DNA of 63,752 nt, counting the filler, from Octopus bimaculoides (taxonomy: Eukaryota), in the NCBI RefSeq assembly GCF_001194135.2. It is 6 parts of 5 records of this genome, joined end to end, with 100 filler letters (N's around TTAATTAATTAA, not from the genome) between each part and the next. Parts side by side here need not be neighbours in the genome. Positions count along the whole stretch, not along the records: positions 1 to 28,884 come from NC_068995.1; 5 more parts are not named here. One strand, given 5' to 3'. The notes under the pieces are model-generated. The model made no database searches. It saw only the letters and a program-made list of their open reading frames with translations, and was not told the origin of the DNA. Within the stretch, counting starts at the first letter, position 1; each line of letters begins with the position of its first letter. Below are positions 1 to 12,624 of the stretch, piece by piece. A program made the position numbers and the translations under genes.

Positions 1-1186
1 TAAGCAAGTGTTCCCGCTTAATTCTATCTCTTTTACGGTCGGCCGACCATGAGCATGGACGTGATAAGCTGTCTCTCTACATCTTTCGGACTTACACTCG
101 ACAGCTTCGCTTGCAACTACATACCCACGTCCCAACAACTATGCTCACATACACACAGAAGCTGTAACAGCAAGAACTAAAGATGTATATATTTACCACC
201 TAAATAAAGTGTTGTTTAAGTTGATGGTCTGGAGTTCAGCGTTCCGTTATATTCTTTAATTTTATAGTAGGAAAGTCAGGTATACATCTAAAGATGTATA
301 ACCCACTTTCCACTAAACTCTCATTCCATAACAGTCCTTACCCATTGGTCCACCTCATTTGTGGTTAGAATGTACTCTGTATAATATTGAACTTCTCATT
401 TATACCTTAAAGTATTTCTCTTCAAATGGTTTTGTGTATATCTATGTTGTACTGTAGATGTTTAGAAATTGTTATTTTCATGCTTAAATGTGGCTGTGTC
501 ACTTGTTTTTTGTTGTCGTTTTTCGAAGAAATCCATTAGAATATATTCTTACTTTATGATATGAAAATCAATGGGAAAATTAATTACACATTATGGTGAA
601 GTAATGGAATTTCCATTACTGTGGGAAATTCCTGTACTTTGTATGCATCAACTTCTCCTTTTAATCTTAGGTTGAATGATATGGGTTATATAATTTGATC
701 TGTGGTTTTTATCATTTGTTTTTATATGTGTGTGTTGGAGTGCCTGAATTAGTTTAGTGCTGGTGTGACATGTACTCAGTTTGTATATATAGTGGTTGAT
801 TGCCATTATAAAGTGCAATAAAATTTCACAAGTAAATCATCCTTCAACCTTTTCATTACATTTTTTGGTTGACTCATTTATATTTAAAAGTGTTAAGGGA
901 TAATTTTAAGAGCATCCAAGAAGCATTCCATAATGATAAGTATCCTCTGACAGTGACAGTGGTATTGATAAGTAGATGCTATGGTTGATCTGAACTTATA
1001 ACTCAATTTATAACTAATACACTTGTATTAGTACTTTCCTTGGGCCGGGCTTGAATATCGCAATTTTATATCCTTTATATCCTGTCCATGTAAATAGTAT
1101 TTATATTATTATTTTATTTTTCTTATATTCTCATAATATGCTGTTTTTTTTTTTTAATTAAAAAAATTTTTTTTTTTTTGCAACAG

Positions 1187-1372
1187 ATTGGCACTGTTGT
1201 TGTGCCCTGGCCTCATGGAGGACTTTTTCCTATTGTTGGTCTTCATTCTGAAGGAGAAGAACTAGAGCTTCATTTGGACAGCCATTTTCAGCATGATGAA
1301 GTTATTCTAATGACTGTTGACAATATTGATGATGAATGGTCCCGCTTGCATCAGATTCGCTTAAATGGATGT
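1187..1372 (+). CDS. SPRYD3: SPRY domain-containing protein 3, internal exon (phase 0-0)
   Basis: Poly-T/CAACAG acceptor, GTCAGT donor. Encodes IGTVVVPWPHGGLFPIVGLHSEGEELELHLDSHFQHDEVILMTVDNIDDEWSRLHQIRLNGC, matching the SPRYD3 LFPxVGxHSxGEE...DEWxRLH inter-SPRY region as I recall it. Confidence 0.9.
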
Positions 1373-1466
1373 GTCAGTAGTAGTTTGGTATACTTTTATT
1401 GTAGTTTTTTGTTCATATTAATACCATCTTTCTTAGAAATGGATTTATTCTCTAAAATGTTGTATT

Positions 1467-2338
1467 ATTGTAAAATATAATTGCCAACTAAATGTGGCAG
1501 TCCCATAGAGGACGATGCTACTGTTGTTTTAAGCCCCAGGACATCTCCTCCAGCTGGCTAACAACACACTGTCTGTGTCCGATTAGAATTTGCAAGGGGA
1601 AATCATCATTCCCATCTCTAGCCTTATGTGATACACACAGACCTGGGTTTCTGGGTAATAACCCATCATCAGTGTGTGATAATCATGAGTTAGTGATGAG
1701 AACTCACTCCACACACAAAATACTATATGCTTTTTCCAGTGACAAACTGTCGCCGATCTTGAAAAAGGAGAAATAAGCAATAATAAAACACTGAGCGAGA
1801 AGTAAACAGTAGCAGTACGGAATCATAAAATATAATTGCCAACTAGATGTGAGGACAATGCTACTGTTGTTTTTAGCCCCAGGAGGACATCTCCAGCTGG
1901 TTAATGACACACCATCTGTGTCTGATTAGAATTTGCGAGGGGAAATCATCGTTCCCATCTCTAGCCTTACATAACACACAGACCCGGGTATCTGGGTAGT
2001 AACCTGCGACATCTAGTTGGCAATTATGTTTTACAATTCCGTAATGCTACTGTCTACTTCTTGCTTATTTCTCCTTTTTTGAGATCAGTGACAGTTTGTC
2101 ACTGGAAAAAGCATAGTATTTTGCATGTGGAATGAGTTCTCATCACTAGCTCGTGATTATCACACATTGATGACAGGTTACTACCTGTGTGAACAATGAT
2201 TTCCCCTTGCAAATACTAATCAGACGCATACAGTGTGTTGTTAGCCAGCTGGAGGAGATGTCCTCCTGGGGCTAAAAACAACAGTAGCATCGTCCTCTAT
2301 GGGGCTGCCACATCCAGTTGGCAATTATATTTTACAAT
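1467..2338. repeat. Large imperfect palindrome built from a ~360-bp unit
   Basis: 1467-1850 is the reverse complement of 2009-2338, with internal deletions in the right arm. The spacer 1851-2008 is a partial direct copy of the same unit. Confidence 0.9.
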
Positions 2339-2676
2339 TCTGTACAGCAACTTTTTACTGCTTGCTCAGAGATTTGATATTGTTGTATTATTGCTATTTG
2401 TTTAATGTTTTTACAATACCTTCATAATATGTTATTTTAAGAATATCTTCTTTGTTTATACTCTTATCCAGTCTCATAACTTGTCATTAATCCCTTGACT
2501 CAACTTAATCCTGTATATCATCTGATGTAAAACACTAGCAAAATCAGTAGAAAGGCTTTGCTTTATTCAGAGATAAATGAAATGGACAGTCTTGTTTGTT
2601 TTACATCAGATAGTACTCTGTTATAGACTCAAATGATATCACATCATATTAGCACCAAAATGGAAGTGATCTGACA

Positions 2677-3128
2677 AATGGCATTCTCCAAGTAAAAACT
2701 CACTATTGATCTGGCTCACATGACCTGGTAAGTATATAACATGCCTAAGGTGCCATGCAAAGAGACTCAATATGCATAACAAATTACAGCAGAAAGTGTA
2801 TCTATAAGTTTCTGGATAAATTCATTTACATAAGAATATGCAAAAGATAACAGACAGTAACATATTACAGAAATTGTAATAATAATTATTAGTTCAATCT
2901 TCACCTGTTCAAAATTTTTCACCATCAATAACTGTTTTGAATTTTAGATAGTGAAGTGGATTTTCAAACATGAAATAGAGACACAGACACGTTGTTTAGT
3001 TAAAAAGTTCACTTTGCAACTATGTGATCTTATATTGAGTCTCTTTGCATGGCACCTTAGGCATGTTATATACTTACCAGGTCATGTGAGCCAGATCAAT
3101 AGTGAGTTTTTACCTGGAGAATGCCATT
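2677..3128. repeat. 97-bp near-perfect inverted repeat with 258-bp spacer
   Basis: Arms 2677-2773 and 3032-3128 differ at one position on direct comparison. Confidence 0.9.
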
Positions 3129-3423
3129 GCAAAATAAAGTCTTTCAGGTGGCTGTTCGTTGACTTTGATGACTATGAATTGAGGACATAGTAGATGGGTT
3201 TTTATCCATCTTGAGAAAATAGCCTACTGATTTCTTCTAATGAAATCTGTCAAATTCACTAAATCATTTGCAGTGATTAGATCCTATAGGAGACCACCAT
3301 ATTCAATTATGTGTCACTTATGTATATCCTAAAAATCTTAACCAAGATCGAGATACTCTAGAGGTTACTGAAAACACCAAAATTAATAGAATATTCTTAC
3401 CTCTCAGTCCAATATCAAGAATA

Positions 3424-3745
3424 CATCATCATCATCATCATCATCATCATCATTTAACATCTGCTTTCCATGTTGGCATGGGTGGGATGGTTTGGCTGAA
3501 AAATTGGTAAGTCGGGGAGCTGCACCAGGTTCCAATCTGATTTGGCAAGGTTTCTATGGCTGGATGCCCTTCCTAATGCCAACCATTCCAAGAGGATAGT
3601 AGGTGTTTTTTACATGCCATTGACCTGACACCAGCATCAGCTACGACTATAGTTTTACTTGACTTGACAGGTCTACTCAAGCACAGTATATTGCCAAAGG
3701 TCTCAGTCACCTGTCACTGCCTCTATGAGACCCAACACTCAAATG
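3424..3745 (-). mobile_element. RTE-type 3' end / SINE-like repeat with (ATG)n tail
   Basis: (CAT)n followed by TTTAACRTCYG..TCCATG..GCATGGG; same family as 15181, 21687 and 32511. Confidence 0.75.
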
Positions 3746-4601
3746 TTTTATTGTATAGATCAGACTGTGCTATAAAACTTAAGGAACTTGCAGAATCATT
3801 GTTATCTTCCATAGCTGACTTGTAACATTACTTTTTATTTACGAGATCAAGATCAAATCTGTTATTCAGAGGAAAGACCTTTTTTGTAGATTCAACAATT
3901 ACCTCTCTACAGATAAAGGGATGATTTTTTTTTCTCTAAATTATTATCAACAATATCCCAGTTTTAAGATAGATAGATGAAAAATTAGGTATCCAAAAAT
4001 ATCATAATATAGAAGGTGATATGCTTTCATCCAGCCCAGAACTATAGGCAATTTTTTACATGACAGTAGAACACAGTCAAGACTGAAGGGTCCAATAGGG
4101 TATGGTCAAGAATAGTTGGTTCTGAGGTGGCTGAAGATGGTAAATGATAACAGGGACACATTTAGGGATAATAAACTGATTGTAAGTTCTTATATAGTGT
4201 CTGAGCACTAATTGATAATTGTATAATAATATAAAGTTTATTTGGTAAATCAGACATACATAACTGAGAGCTAATTGGTCATTACATCATGTTGTTTTGG
4301 AGTATTTTTTATGAATACTGGGCCTGCTGGAAATAGCAGCTGAATCTTCTTAAATTACATCTAAATAAAGAGAAAGACATATTCTACACACTCTGAAGAA
4401 AAACAGGATGCACAAAACTGGTATGCCTTTGATCATGATATCCTGGAGTTAAACAACAACACTTAAAATAATTTAAAATGCATTCTAAACACATGTAACA
4501 GAAAAAAAAACATAGATAAAATACTTGAAGTTTGTGCTGATATTTTTTATTAAGATTTAGTAAAATTAGTTAATGACAGTTTTAAATTGAATTGTCTACA
4601 G

Positions 4602-4751
4602 ATTATGGAATACACAGGTCGAGGAAAAAAGCTTATAGATGTTGGTTTGGCACAGGCAAGGTCACCACTTGACCCCACATACCATTATTTTGAATTGGAA
4701 ATTGTTGACCCTGGTGAGAATTGTTCTATTGCAATTGGACTTGCCCGTCGA
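4602..4751 (+). CDS. SPRYD3: SPRYD3 internal exon (150 nt, phase 0-0)
   Basis: CTACAG acceptor, GTAAGT donor. Encodes IMEYTGRGKKLIDVGLAQARSPLDPTYHYFELEIVDPGENCSIAIGLARR and joins in frame to the previous exon. Confidence 0.93.
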
Positions 4752-4868
4752 GTAAGTTTTTGATTTGACCCTTGTTTTCAAACTTGATTTATAAAAGACA
4801 AAAATATTTTTTTAAATACTAAAAAATTTAATACTACTTTGTTCAAAGACTTGTAATTTTGTTTGTAG

Positions 4869-4926
4869 GACTATCCAAAGCATCGGTATCCTGGATGGAA
4901 TATTGGTTCAATAGCTTACCATGCAG
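4869..4926 (+). CDS. SPRYD3: SPRYD3 internal exon (58 nt, phase 0-1)
   Basis: TTTGTAG acceptor, GTAGTT donor. Encodes DYPKHRYPGWNIGSIAYHA(D), the SPRY PGW...SIAYHADDG motif. Confidence 0.93.
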
Positions 4927-5158
4927 GTAGTTTCAACTCTCTTATCCTATTTTAAGCTATATTTACTTCCATCATTTTTATGATACAACATTATGCAAGT
5001 CAGTGATGGATTTATTTAGTTTGTGTAAGATATTTATTTTAGTGATAGTTTTGTTATTCTGATAGACTTCTTAAGTAATTCATTCTTAATGAAAACAACA
5101 TTGTTTAATATATTTATTGATTTTTTTACCACTTCTGTTAATTAATTTTCAATTTCAG

Positions 5159-5221
5159 ATGATGGTAAAGTATTTGTTGGATCAGGAGTTGGTGAGCCTT
5201 TTGGTCCACAATGCCATAAAG
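5159..5221 (+). CDS. SPRYD3: SPRYD3 internal exon (63 nt, phase 1-1)
   Basis: ATTTCAG acceptor, GTATGC donor. Encodes (D)DGKVFVGSGVGEPFGPQCHK(G). Confidence 0.93.
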
Positions 5222-6816
5222 GTATGCTCTAATTTGTATTTCATCCAAATCCCAACTTACTTTCAATATACACCACTTCACAATAAATCTGAGAAATTTT
5301 ATTGTTCTTAGATTAGACCAAAAATGTTATCAAATATGTTTCCAATAGATACAAAAATATTTAATGAAAATATTTTTTCAGAAACCAAAGTTAAATTAGC
5401 TAACTTTTGTATCTTCAAAATTATACATCTAAGCATCACAATACTTGAAAAAACCTGAAATGGCCAAGTTAATAAAAGCCGAGTACATAGCAGTAATAAA
5501 ACTTCACAACTTTGTGTCATTCTAAAGATGAGTTGGTATTTTCAGAAAACAAGCAAATAAAAGATCTAGTTGTACAAAAAGAGTATATTTTTTATAAACT
5601 TTTCAAAGAAGGAAGAAGTGTTCACAACTTTTGTAGGCCCTTCCACACTACTGAGATTGATGTAACCTAGCTTAATTGTTTGTAGAAAAGATCTGGCTAG
5701 GTTCTTATTTTTATGAAGCCTGCTGTAAATAGCTGTTAATTCTTGGCTGCTCTCTACTTCCAACTACACAGCTCTTGCAACAATACATCTAGCATATTTC
5801 AAAAGCTACATTACACCAAAAAACACAAAAATAATGACACACTTCAACATAGTTGCAAAATCAACAGAATTCATAAGTTTAAATTCTCTTTTCGGATTAC
5901 CAGATAGCCCCAGTAAATTCCAAAGAATCAATACTATTGCTGTTATCAAATAAATGCAGATGAGTTAGCAAAATAATTATCTGATGCTGTAACTGCTGTG
6001 TTGCATCTCATATAACCCCAGTGTATAGCAGAATGTAGAGTATAGCATACTAGGGTACACAACCTACGTATTATTTTTTAAGCTTTCATACAACTACTTC
6101 TGTGCTTTAGCACAACTGATTTGTGCTTTTCATAAAATATTTGTTTTGTTTATTGCTTATATAAATCTTCTCTGATTTATATAAGTAATAATTTTATATT
6201 TGGGTATACATCTTGTATTATGCTGTTTTAAAGCCCATTCACAATATATGGCTAACTGATGTCAACAACAGTATGGGGGCAAATGCCACTGGATTTACTT
6301 CTGGGATTCTTTTGTATCCATAGAGTTTATAAAAAATACAAAAGAAAGATAATGGAATTCACAAGACTCTTTATTCAGAATCACTGATTGTTTTGACCCA
6401 TCATGCCCCAGTACCTTGCAGGTGAGATGCTGTGCAATCAATTGTCATGCATCGTAGCTGCTGATGCATTTCCTCAGGCAACTTTTCAAAAAGTACTTCG
6501 TTTTTTATTTGACATTTCATTTATTTCTCTATCAATACATTTTGGTAATTGTAGCATGCTATGTGTCTCCATAAGAAACTAAGATATAATGAAGAATTCT
6601 TCTCATTTGAGCAATAAAATACAGTATACAAGGATAAAAGAACAAGGAATCAAAAATAAACTAAATAAATAAAATAAAATGTAATACACTTATAATAAGA
6701 CACCATTAAATAAAAGCATAAAATATACATTCAGTCAGAATAGAACAAAAAGAACAATCAGACATTTATATTGACTTTTACATCTCATAAACAAATAATT
6801 TAACATTATATATATA

Positions 6817-8122
6817 CTAGCTGGTGTACTCAGTAATTCCCAGGAGTAAAGATGTTCTATTTAAATGCCTTATTACTCTGACATAAAAAAGCAATTTCGT
6901 TATAACTGCCACAAAAGGTGTATTTTCTGTCGTGAAAAAGTACAAAAAACTGTCAGCTGGAGGAAGGAGAGATTGTCGGTGGTTGGTGAGAGAGGTTGTC
7001 GGGGGTTGGCAAGAGAGACTGTCGGACATTGGCAAGAAAGTTTGTCAGAGGTTTTCAGAGGTTGGTGAGAGAGACTGTTGGAGATTGTCAGAGGGAGAGG
7101 CATCTTTGTTTTAAAATTTCAGTCTTGCAGGGCTTTGTAACACACAATGTTTTTGGTTTTGCTGTTGGGTGCATAGATGAATAAATTTTATGGGTTTCCA
7201 AGTCTAGAGCATCTGACATAGAGCTGTCCATGAGAAAAAGCAGGATTGGGACACACTTATTAAATACGTTCTGGAATCAAAAATTTATCTACTGTCATTG
7301 AAAAAGTTTAACTGGAAAAATGCATAATTATCGGAGTTATGGGCATTCAAAGTGTAATCAAATTTAATTGAAAACCCTGCATGCATTGCCAGCATTTTGT
7401 TATTTGGAGATGTTGAAAAAATGTCTATTAATATAATGTCTAAATTAATTACAGCAATATGTATATAATTGCTTAGATATTGAAGTAGAATAGATGAAGA
7501 ATAATTGTTTGATTTAGTAAATATCAAACATAATGAATCGGAGACTTGAGATCACCGTTGTCGCATTAGAGCAGCTTATGAAGTAGAAGTACCCACTTGT
7601 ACTCTTACTCGACATGGCATTTTACAGGTTAACTTTATCAAGGCTAATTTATTGAAGCTAATATAGAAATGTATATACAAGTGCAAAAAGTATGTGTGCA
7701 TATAAATGTATGAATGAAGTCTTTAAGGTTTAAGATTCAAATCAAGAAAGTGCTATAATAAGGTTTAGCAGTTCAAAACTGTGAGTAGTGAAATGCAGAA
7801 TTAGTTCAAAACTGTGAGTAGTGAAATGCAAAATTTGATTCTCATAATCAGCTTATTGTGAGAATCAAATTTTGATTGCTTCGCTAAAAACTGACAATTG
7901 TAAGTGCAGGTGCTATATTAGTTATATGTAGTAGATATAAGGATCCCTTCCAGGGGCCCTATTATCAATTTTTTCAACAATCTAAGTATGTCACAAGGTT
8001 TCCAGACATGAGTTCTACTCATGTGTCAAGTTTCATTAAAATGGATAAAGCGATGTAGGAGGAGTTAGCTGACAACTCCACAAGCAAACACACCCACAGA
8101 CAGAATTTCCCACATATATAGT

Positions 8123-8125
<3 letters not shown>
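6817..8125 (-). mobile_element. Non-autonomous Helitron-like element
   Basis: On the minus strand it starts TCTACTATATATG at 8125 and ends with a short hairpin plus CTAG at 6817, inserted between A and T. Confidence 0.65.
6967..7100 (+). repeat. 23-bp degenerate minisatellite (GAGAGRYTGTCGG..GTTGGYRA)
   Basis: Unit starts at 6967, 6990 and 7013, then degrades; about 5-6 copies inside the Helitron-like element. Confidence 0.8.
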
Positions 8126-8170
<45 letters not shown>

Positions 8171-8394
8171 CATCATTATCATCACCAGCTTTATCTTGTA
8201 TTCAAGAATTTAGTTTCTTCTTTGTTTAACACTTCCTTTATAGTGATGGTGTTGATGACTATGTAAACCAATTCTTGTATAGAAGAGTTGATGGCATTAA
8301 CTGCATGGTAATGTTGATTTTGTCAAGCTTTTCTCTCCTGGTGGTTTTGAAGATTTTGGTTCTGATGGTGTTTCAAACAATTTAGGCTCAATTT

Positions 8395-10080
8395 CAGTGG
8401 CTTTCAGTGTTGCTTTGAGTGGTCCTTGTATCTTTGAAAAGAGCAACCCCATGGTCTTTTCCCAGAAGTGATCTCACTGAATAAGACTTGGCATAGGACC
8501 TTGCCTCTTCTATTCTTACTACATGTCCTTACGATTGAAGATAGTGTTTCATCATCAGTGATTTGACATTGTTGTTCACATAGTGTTCCTGTTTGATGCT
8601 CAAGATTGAACAATGTTTTTGTTGGCAAAAGCATTCTTAATTTGTAGATGTTGCGATGATATAGAGTCCAGGTTTCATAGCCATATAGCAAGGTTGAATG
8701 ACAACAGCATTCATCATCATCATCATCATTGTTTAACAGCTGCTTTCCACGCTGGCATTGGTTGGACGATTTGTTTTAGTCTGACTGTGATCGGAAATTC
8801 TTCTGACAGCATAACAGCTCTTGGAATGCTATCAAAGGACTTTTCTAAGACAAAGAAAACAAGGGAAATGGATTTTTGTTGTTCTTTGCTTTTTTCTTGG
8901 AGTTGCCTTGCATAAAAAAATCATACATTATTTACATTATTTACAATTAATGGATATTTGTCCTCATCTTGTTTGTTGTTAACACAATGTTTCGGCTGGA
9001 GGGTATATCAGCTGAAACGTTGTGTTAACAACAAATTTCCGTCAATTGTAAATAATGCACATAATTCCTCATCTCTTAAATATAGAACTGTATAGAAAAT
9101 CATGTCAATTGTACCAATAGAGGCACAGAATCCACAATGACATTCTGGAAAAGACCTTTTCAATGTTGATATTCCTCTATAGTTCCTGGAGACTTTTCAT
9201 CGCCTTTTATGAAGGTCGTTATGAGGACTGCATCTTTCAGTTCTTTAGGAGCATGTAGGGATTTCCACATCTTGAGGATGAGGATAAAGATACAGGTTTG
9301 CAAAGCTAAGCTTCCATGTTTGATCAGCTTGAAAGGGATGTTATCTGGGCCTGGAGACTTCCTTGATCTTTTTTGCTTCATAGCTTGCTTGAATTCATAA
9401 ACAGCAGGCCTCTTGTTCATCTGCAGCTGAGGAGGGTGATTTGGAACATTTCTCAGGAAGTTCTTGGTTGTGTTCAAGTTTCTACTTTGGAGGGTGAAAA
9501 ATGTTCCTTCTAGTATATGTCTTGTGGATCAGTCAGGATGTCCGTATTGTTAGCTGCTAGAAGGGATCCAGTTGATGCCTATACTGGTCCAAATAGCTGT
9601 TTCGTTCCAACATAGAGTCTGGATCTTCAGTCTTTTTCATGAGCCAGTCAAGCTTTCTTTTTTGCCTCAATCAGATGGTTGATTTCAATATCAATTTCAT
9701 TAAACTAGTCTTGATTTTTGGTCTTGGTGAAGCTGATGATAGTGTTTGCTGTTTCTGTGACATGTTGCAAATGGTTCTCCAGTCTTCATCAATAGACCTG
9801 TCGTTTACTGGATTAGAACTAAGTTCCTGACTTATTTTGGCTTCAAAGGTGGTTGCAATGTCAGGGTTCTGGAGTTTTGAGATGTTGTTTGGTTGAATTT
9901 GTCCTCTCCCTCAACTACTTCTCATTCTTGGAGGATTTTTATCATTAGGTCTCTGGAGTGGCCATGGAAATGAGAATGGGCCCCAATGTTCATCAGCTAT
10001 GTTGAGGCTCAAATATTCTGACAGTGAGTTATATGGTCATTATATCAACAACTATATCAGCATAATCTTGCATTCCTGCA
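8395..10080 (-). mobile_element. Degenerate RTE-clade LINE, interrupted at ~8700-9110
   Basis: Fragments PAVYEFKQAMKQKRSRKSPGPDNIP...PKELKDAVLIT (RT N-terminus) and LYGYETWTLY...VLFSEITSGKRPWG...RYKD (C-terminus), with many stops and frameshifts. Confidence 0.85.
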
Positions 10081-11787
10081 AACATCTTAACTCCTTCCTC
10101 TCACACATTTATTTATACATGTCCACATGCATAAATACACAAAACACACAGGCTCACATAATCTTAAGCTTGCTCTCATATACACACTCACAGACACCAT
10201 TCTTACATGCACTTGCACACCCCAGTTCAGCTGGGCCACTGTCATTATCTCCTCTCCACTTGGCCTCTTTCTTCTGGTCATTTTATCATGTTAAAACATT
10301 AATCCCATCTCATTTTTACCTCCTTTTTCTGTCAAAGAGCTAGTCACAAAACATCAACGGTGTTTCCCTTTTTTCCCCCAGCGTCAAACTAATGCACCTA
10401 CTTGTTGTTTCCTCACCTCTTTTGTTTACTGTACATTTGAAAAGTTTGTATGTATGTGTGTGCATATGTTCCTTATGCATTCCAAAACCAAGTTGCTGTT
10501 TTTGACATATGGTGTATCAAAAGATTCAGTAAGCTTCTGGCTACCAACTAAACTATGTTTTCATTCACTTATTTGCATTACAAAAATTTAAAATTATCAT
10601 TTTTCTTTTAGTCATCTATCGTAAACAACATTTTATATCACCACCACAACAACGATGATGTTACATTTTCTATATGAGTGTGTTCACACGTTCGTTACAT
10701 ATGTTAGGCCGATGAATGACAAGTATATATGTGTGACGGTGTTTGTGTCTGTCAGTATTCATACATTTTTGTGACGATTGACACACACACACACATCTAA
10801 AGACAGACAAATACACACAGGGTCAGAGATAGGCTTGAGGTGTGCGTTAATGTATGTATGTATGTCTGTGTGTGTGTATCTTAGTATACGTATATGACTT
10901 CCCCCACTCCCACCCACTCAACAGTGAAACATGCTGATATTTAAAGTTACAATGACTAGGATTCATTAGAAAGTGAAAATAGTTTCACACTTTCAATTTC
11001 AACCAAAATTACAGTGTTTGATTACGAGACTGACGATATGTGAATAATGAAAGTAATGTTTCTCTGAATTAGTCACATCTGTATTATAATAAAGAAAGTG
11101 GCTTAGGAAATCTTTCGTTTTGACTTGCAGAGCTGTCATCTTCGTTCGTTAATTTCTGTAAAAAACTTATATTTATTTACTTTTGTTTTAAAGTGAAAGA
11201 GAGGAGAAAATGAAAGATGTATGTACATGTATATGAAATGGATGTGTGTGAGAGAGAGAGAGAAAGGGAGAGAGAGAGTGAGTGAATGTGTGTGTTCTCA
11301 TGTGTGTGTTCTCATGTATGTGTTCTCATGTATGTGTAAGTGGCACTCACTTTCTCTCTCACACATACACACACATGCATGTCCACTCCATATAGATGTT
11401 CATGCATTTTTCACTTTCTCCTCTCTTTTACTTTAAAACAAAAGTAAATAAATAAAAAGAATTTTATGGAACAAGACAGCTGATCTGGATGACAGTTCAT
11501 TGACAACTTTGAGAGTTATAACAAAACATAGCCACTGCTTTTTATCTATCTACCAAATAAACTATGCTTTTCACTCAACAACTCTGTTTTACAACTAAAA
11601 TAAGCTCGGCAACTATGTGAGTCGCACAATTTTGAGCTCATTTTCAAACAATATTTCAATGTGCTTCTAATGTTTCACTTTCATCCGATGTTTCACACAT
11701 GCGTAGAATTCTACCAGACAAACATTTATGAAAATAACCAACAACCAAAAAAATTGTATTAAAAGACATCCATCTCTCTATATGTTA

Positions 11788-12624
11788 CTAGCAGCTAAAC
11801 CCGGTTTCACACGGTCTGTTTGGATGATGTGGCTGTGATTGTTTTCGGTTAGGCATAATCTATAACAGTGTTTCTCAACCTGATCATTTCGTGTCCTGTT
11901 TCGATTGGAGCCTCCAACTGTATGAAGATTTCACCCCCTCCTGTCAGAAAATGGCTTCAGGAATTGTGAAGAAAGAATTTGTACGTAGTCTGTTTGTGAG
12001 AGCTATTCTATTGGATATCTGTCTAATCATTAAAAGATTTATTTAATTATGAACATAGAAAGAAATTATACATTAATCGCAATTTTTGTAAGCAGTTTTA
12101 TCCGTAAAAATTTTATTTGCAGAAAGCAGAAATTGAAAGATATATGAAATGGACGTGTGTGTGTGTATTTGAGAGAGAAAGAGGGTAAGAAAGAGAGATA
12201 GTGTGAGTGAGTGAAGTTGTGTGCCATTGACTTACGTTGGCTGGCACGGCAAGTATGCAGCTTTTGAGGCGGTGATCTTTTGAAGTGGGCATCGAATGAA
12301 GAAACATGGACAGTTTTATGACTGAATTTCTTTTGAAGTTGTGGTGAGAGGGGAGAATTGATGTGCATGCGCATGTGTGTGCGTGAGTGTTTATGTTTGA
12401 TGGGGTGTGCACGACAGAGAGAGTAATGTTGATGGTGTATGTGTATATGAGAGAGAAAGAAAGAAAGAGAGAGATAAATGAAATTTATCATTCAGTTTAT
12501 TTATTTATTATGTATATATGTATGAATGGCTTCAGTGACACACACTCACATGCATGCACGCACGGAGGTTGTTTTAATCGATTTTCTCTGTAAGTATGGG
12601 GGCTACTTCAATTTATATTATAGA
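11788..12624 (-). mobile_element. Non-autonomous Helitron
   Basis: Starts TCTATAATATAAATTGAAG at 12624. The 3' end carries a GC-rich hairpin-like motif then CTAG at 11788. Homologous to 25055-25778. Confidence 0.8.

Noticed and set aside
37-48. 12-bp palindrome GGTCGGCCGACC before a 43-codon ORF
   Set aside because: Too short to distinguish from chance, and cut by the window edge.
7830-7873. 19-bp-stem AT-rich hairpin and adjacent 33-bp tandem duplication
   Set aside because: Small local duplication products inside the Helitron-like element.
8972-9035. 27-bp-stem hairpin of pre-miRNA size
   Set aside because: It appears to be an internally deleted copy of a palindromic interspersed repeat I recognise from octopus sequence, sitting within a LINE interruption; no evidence for a miRNA.
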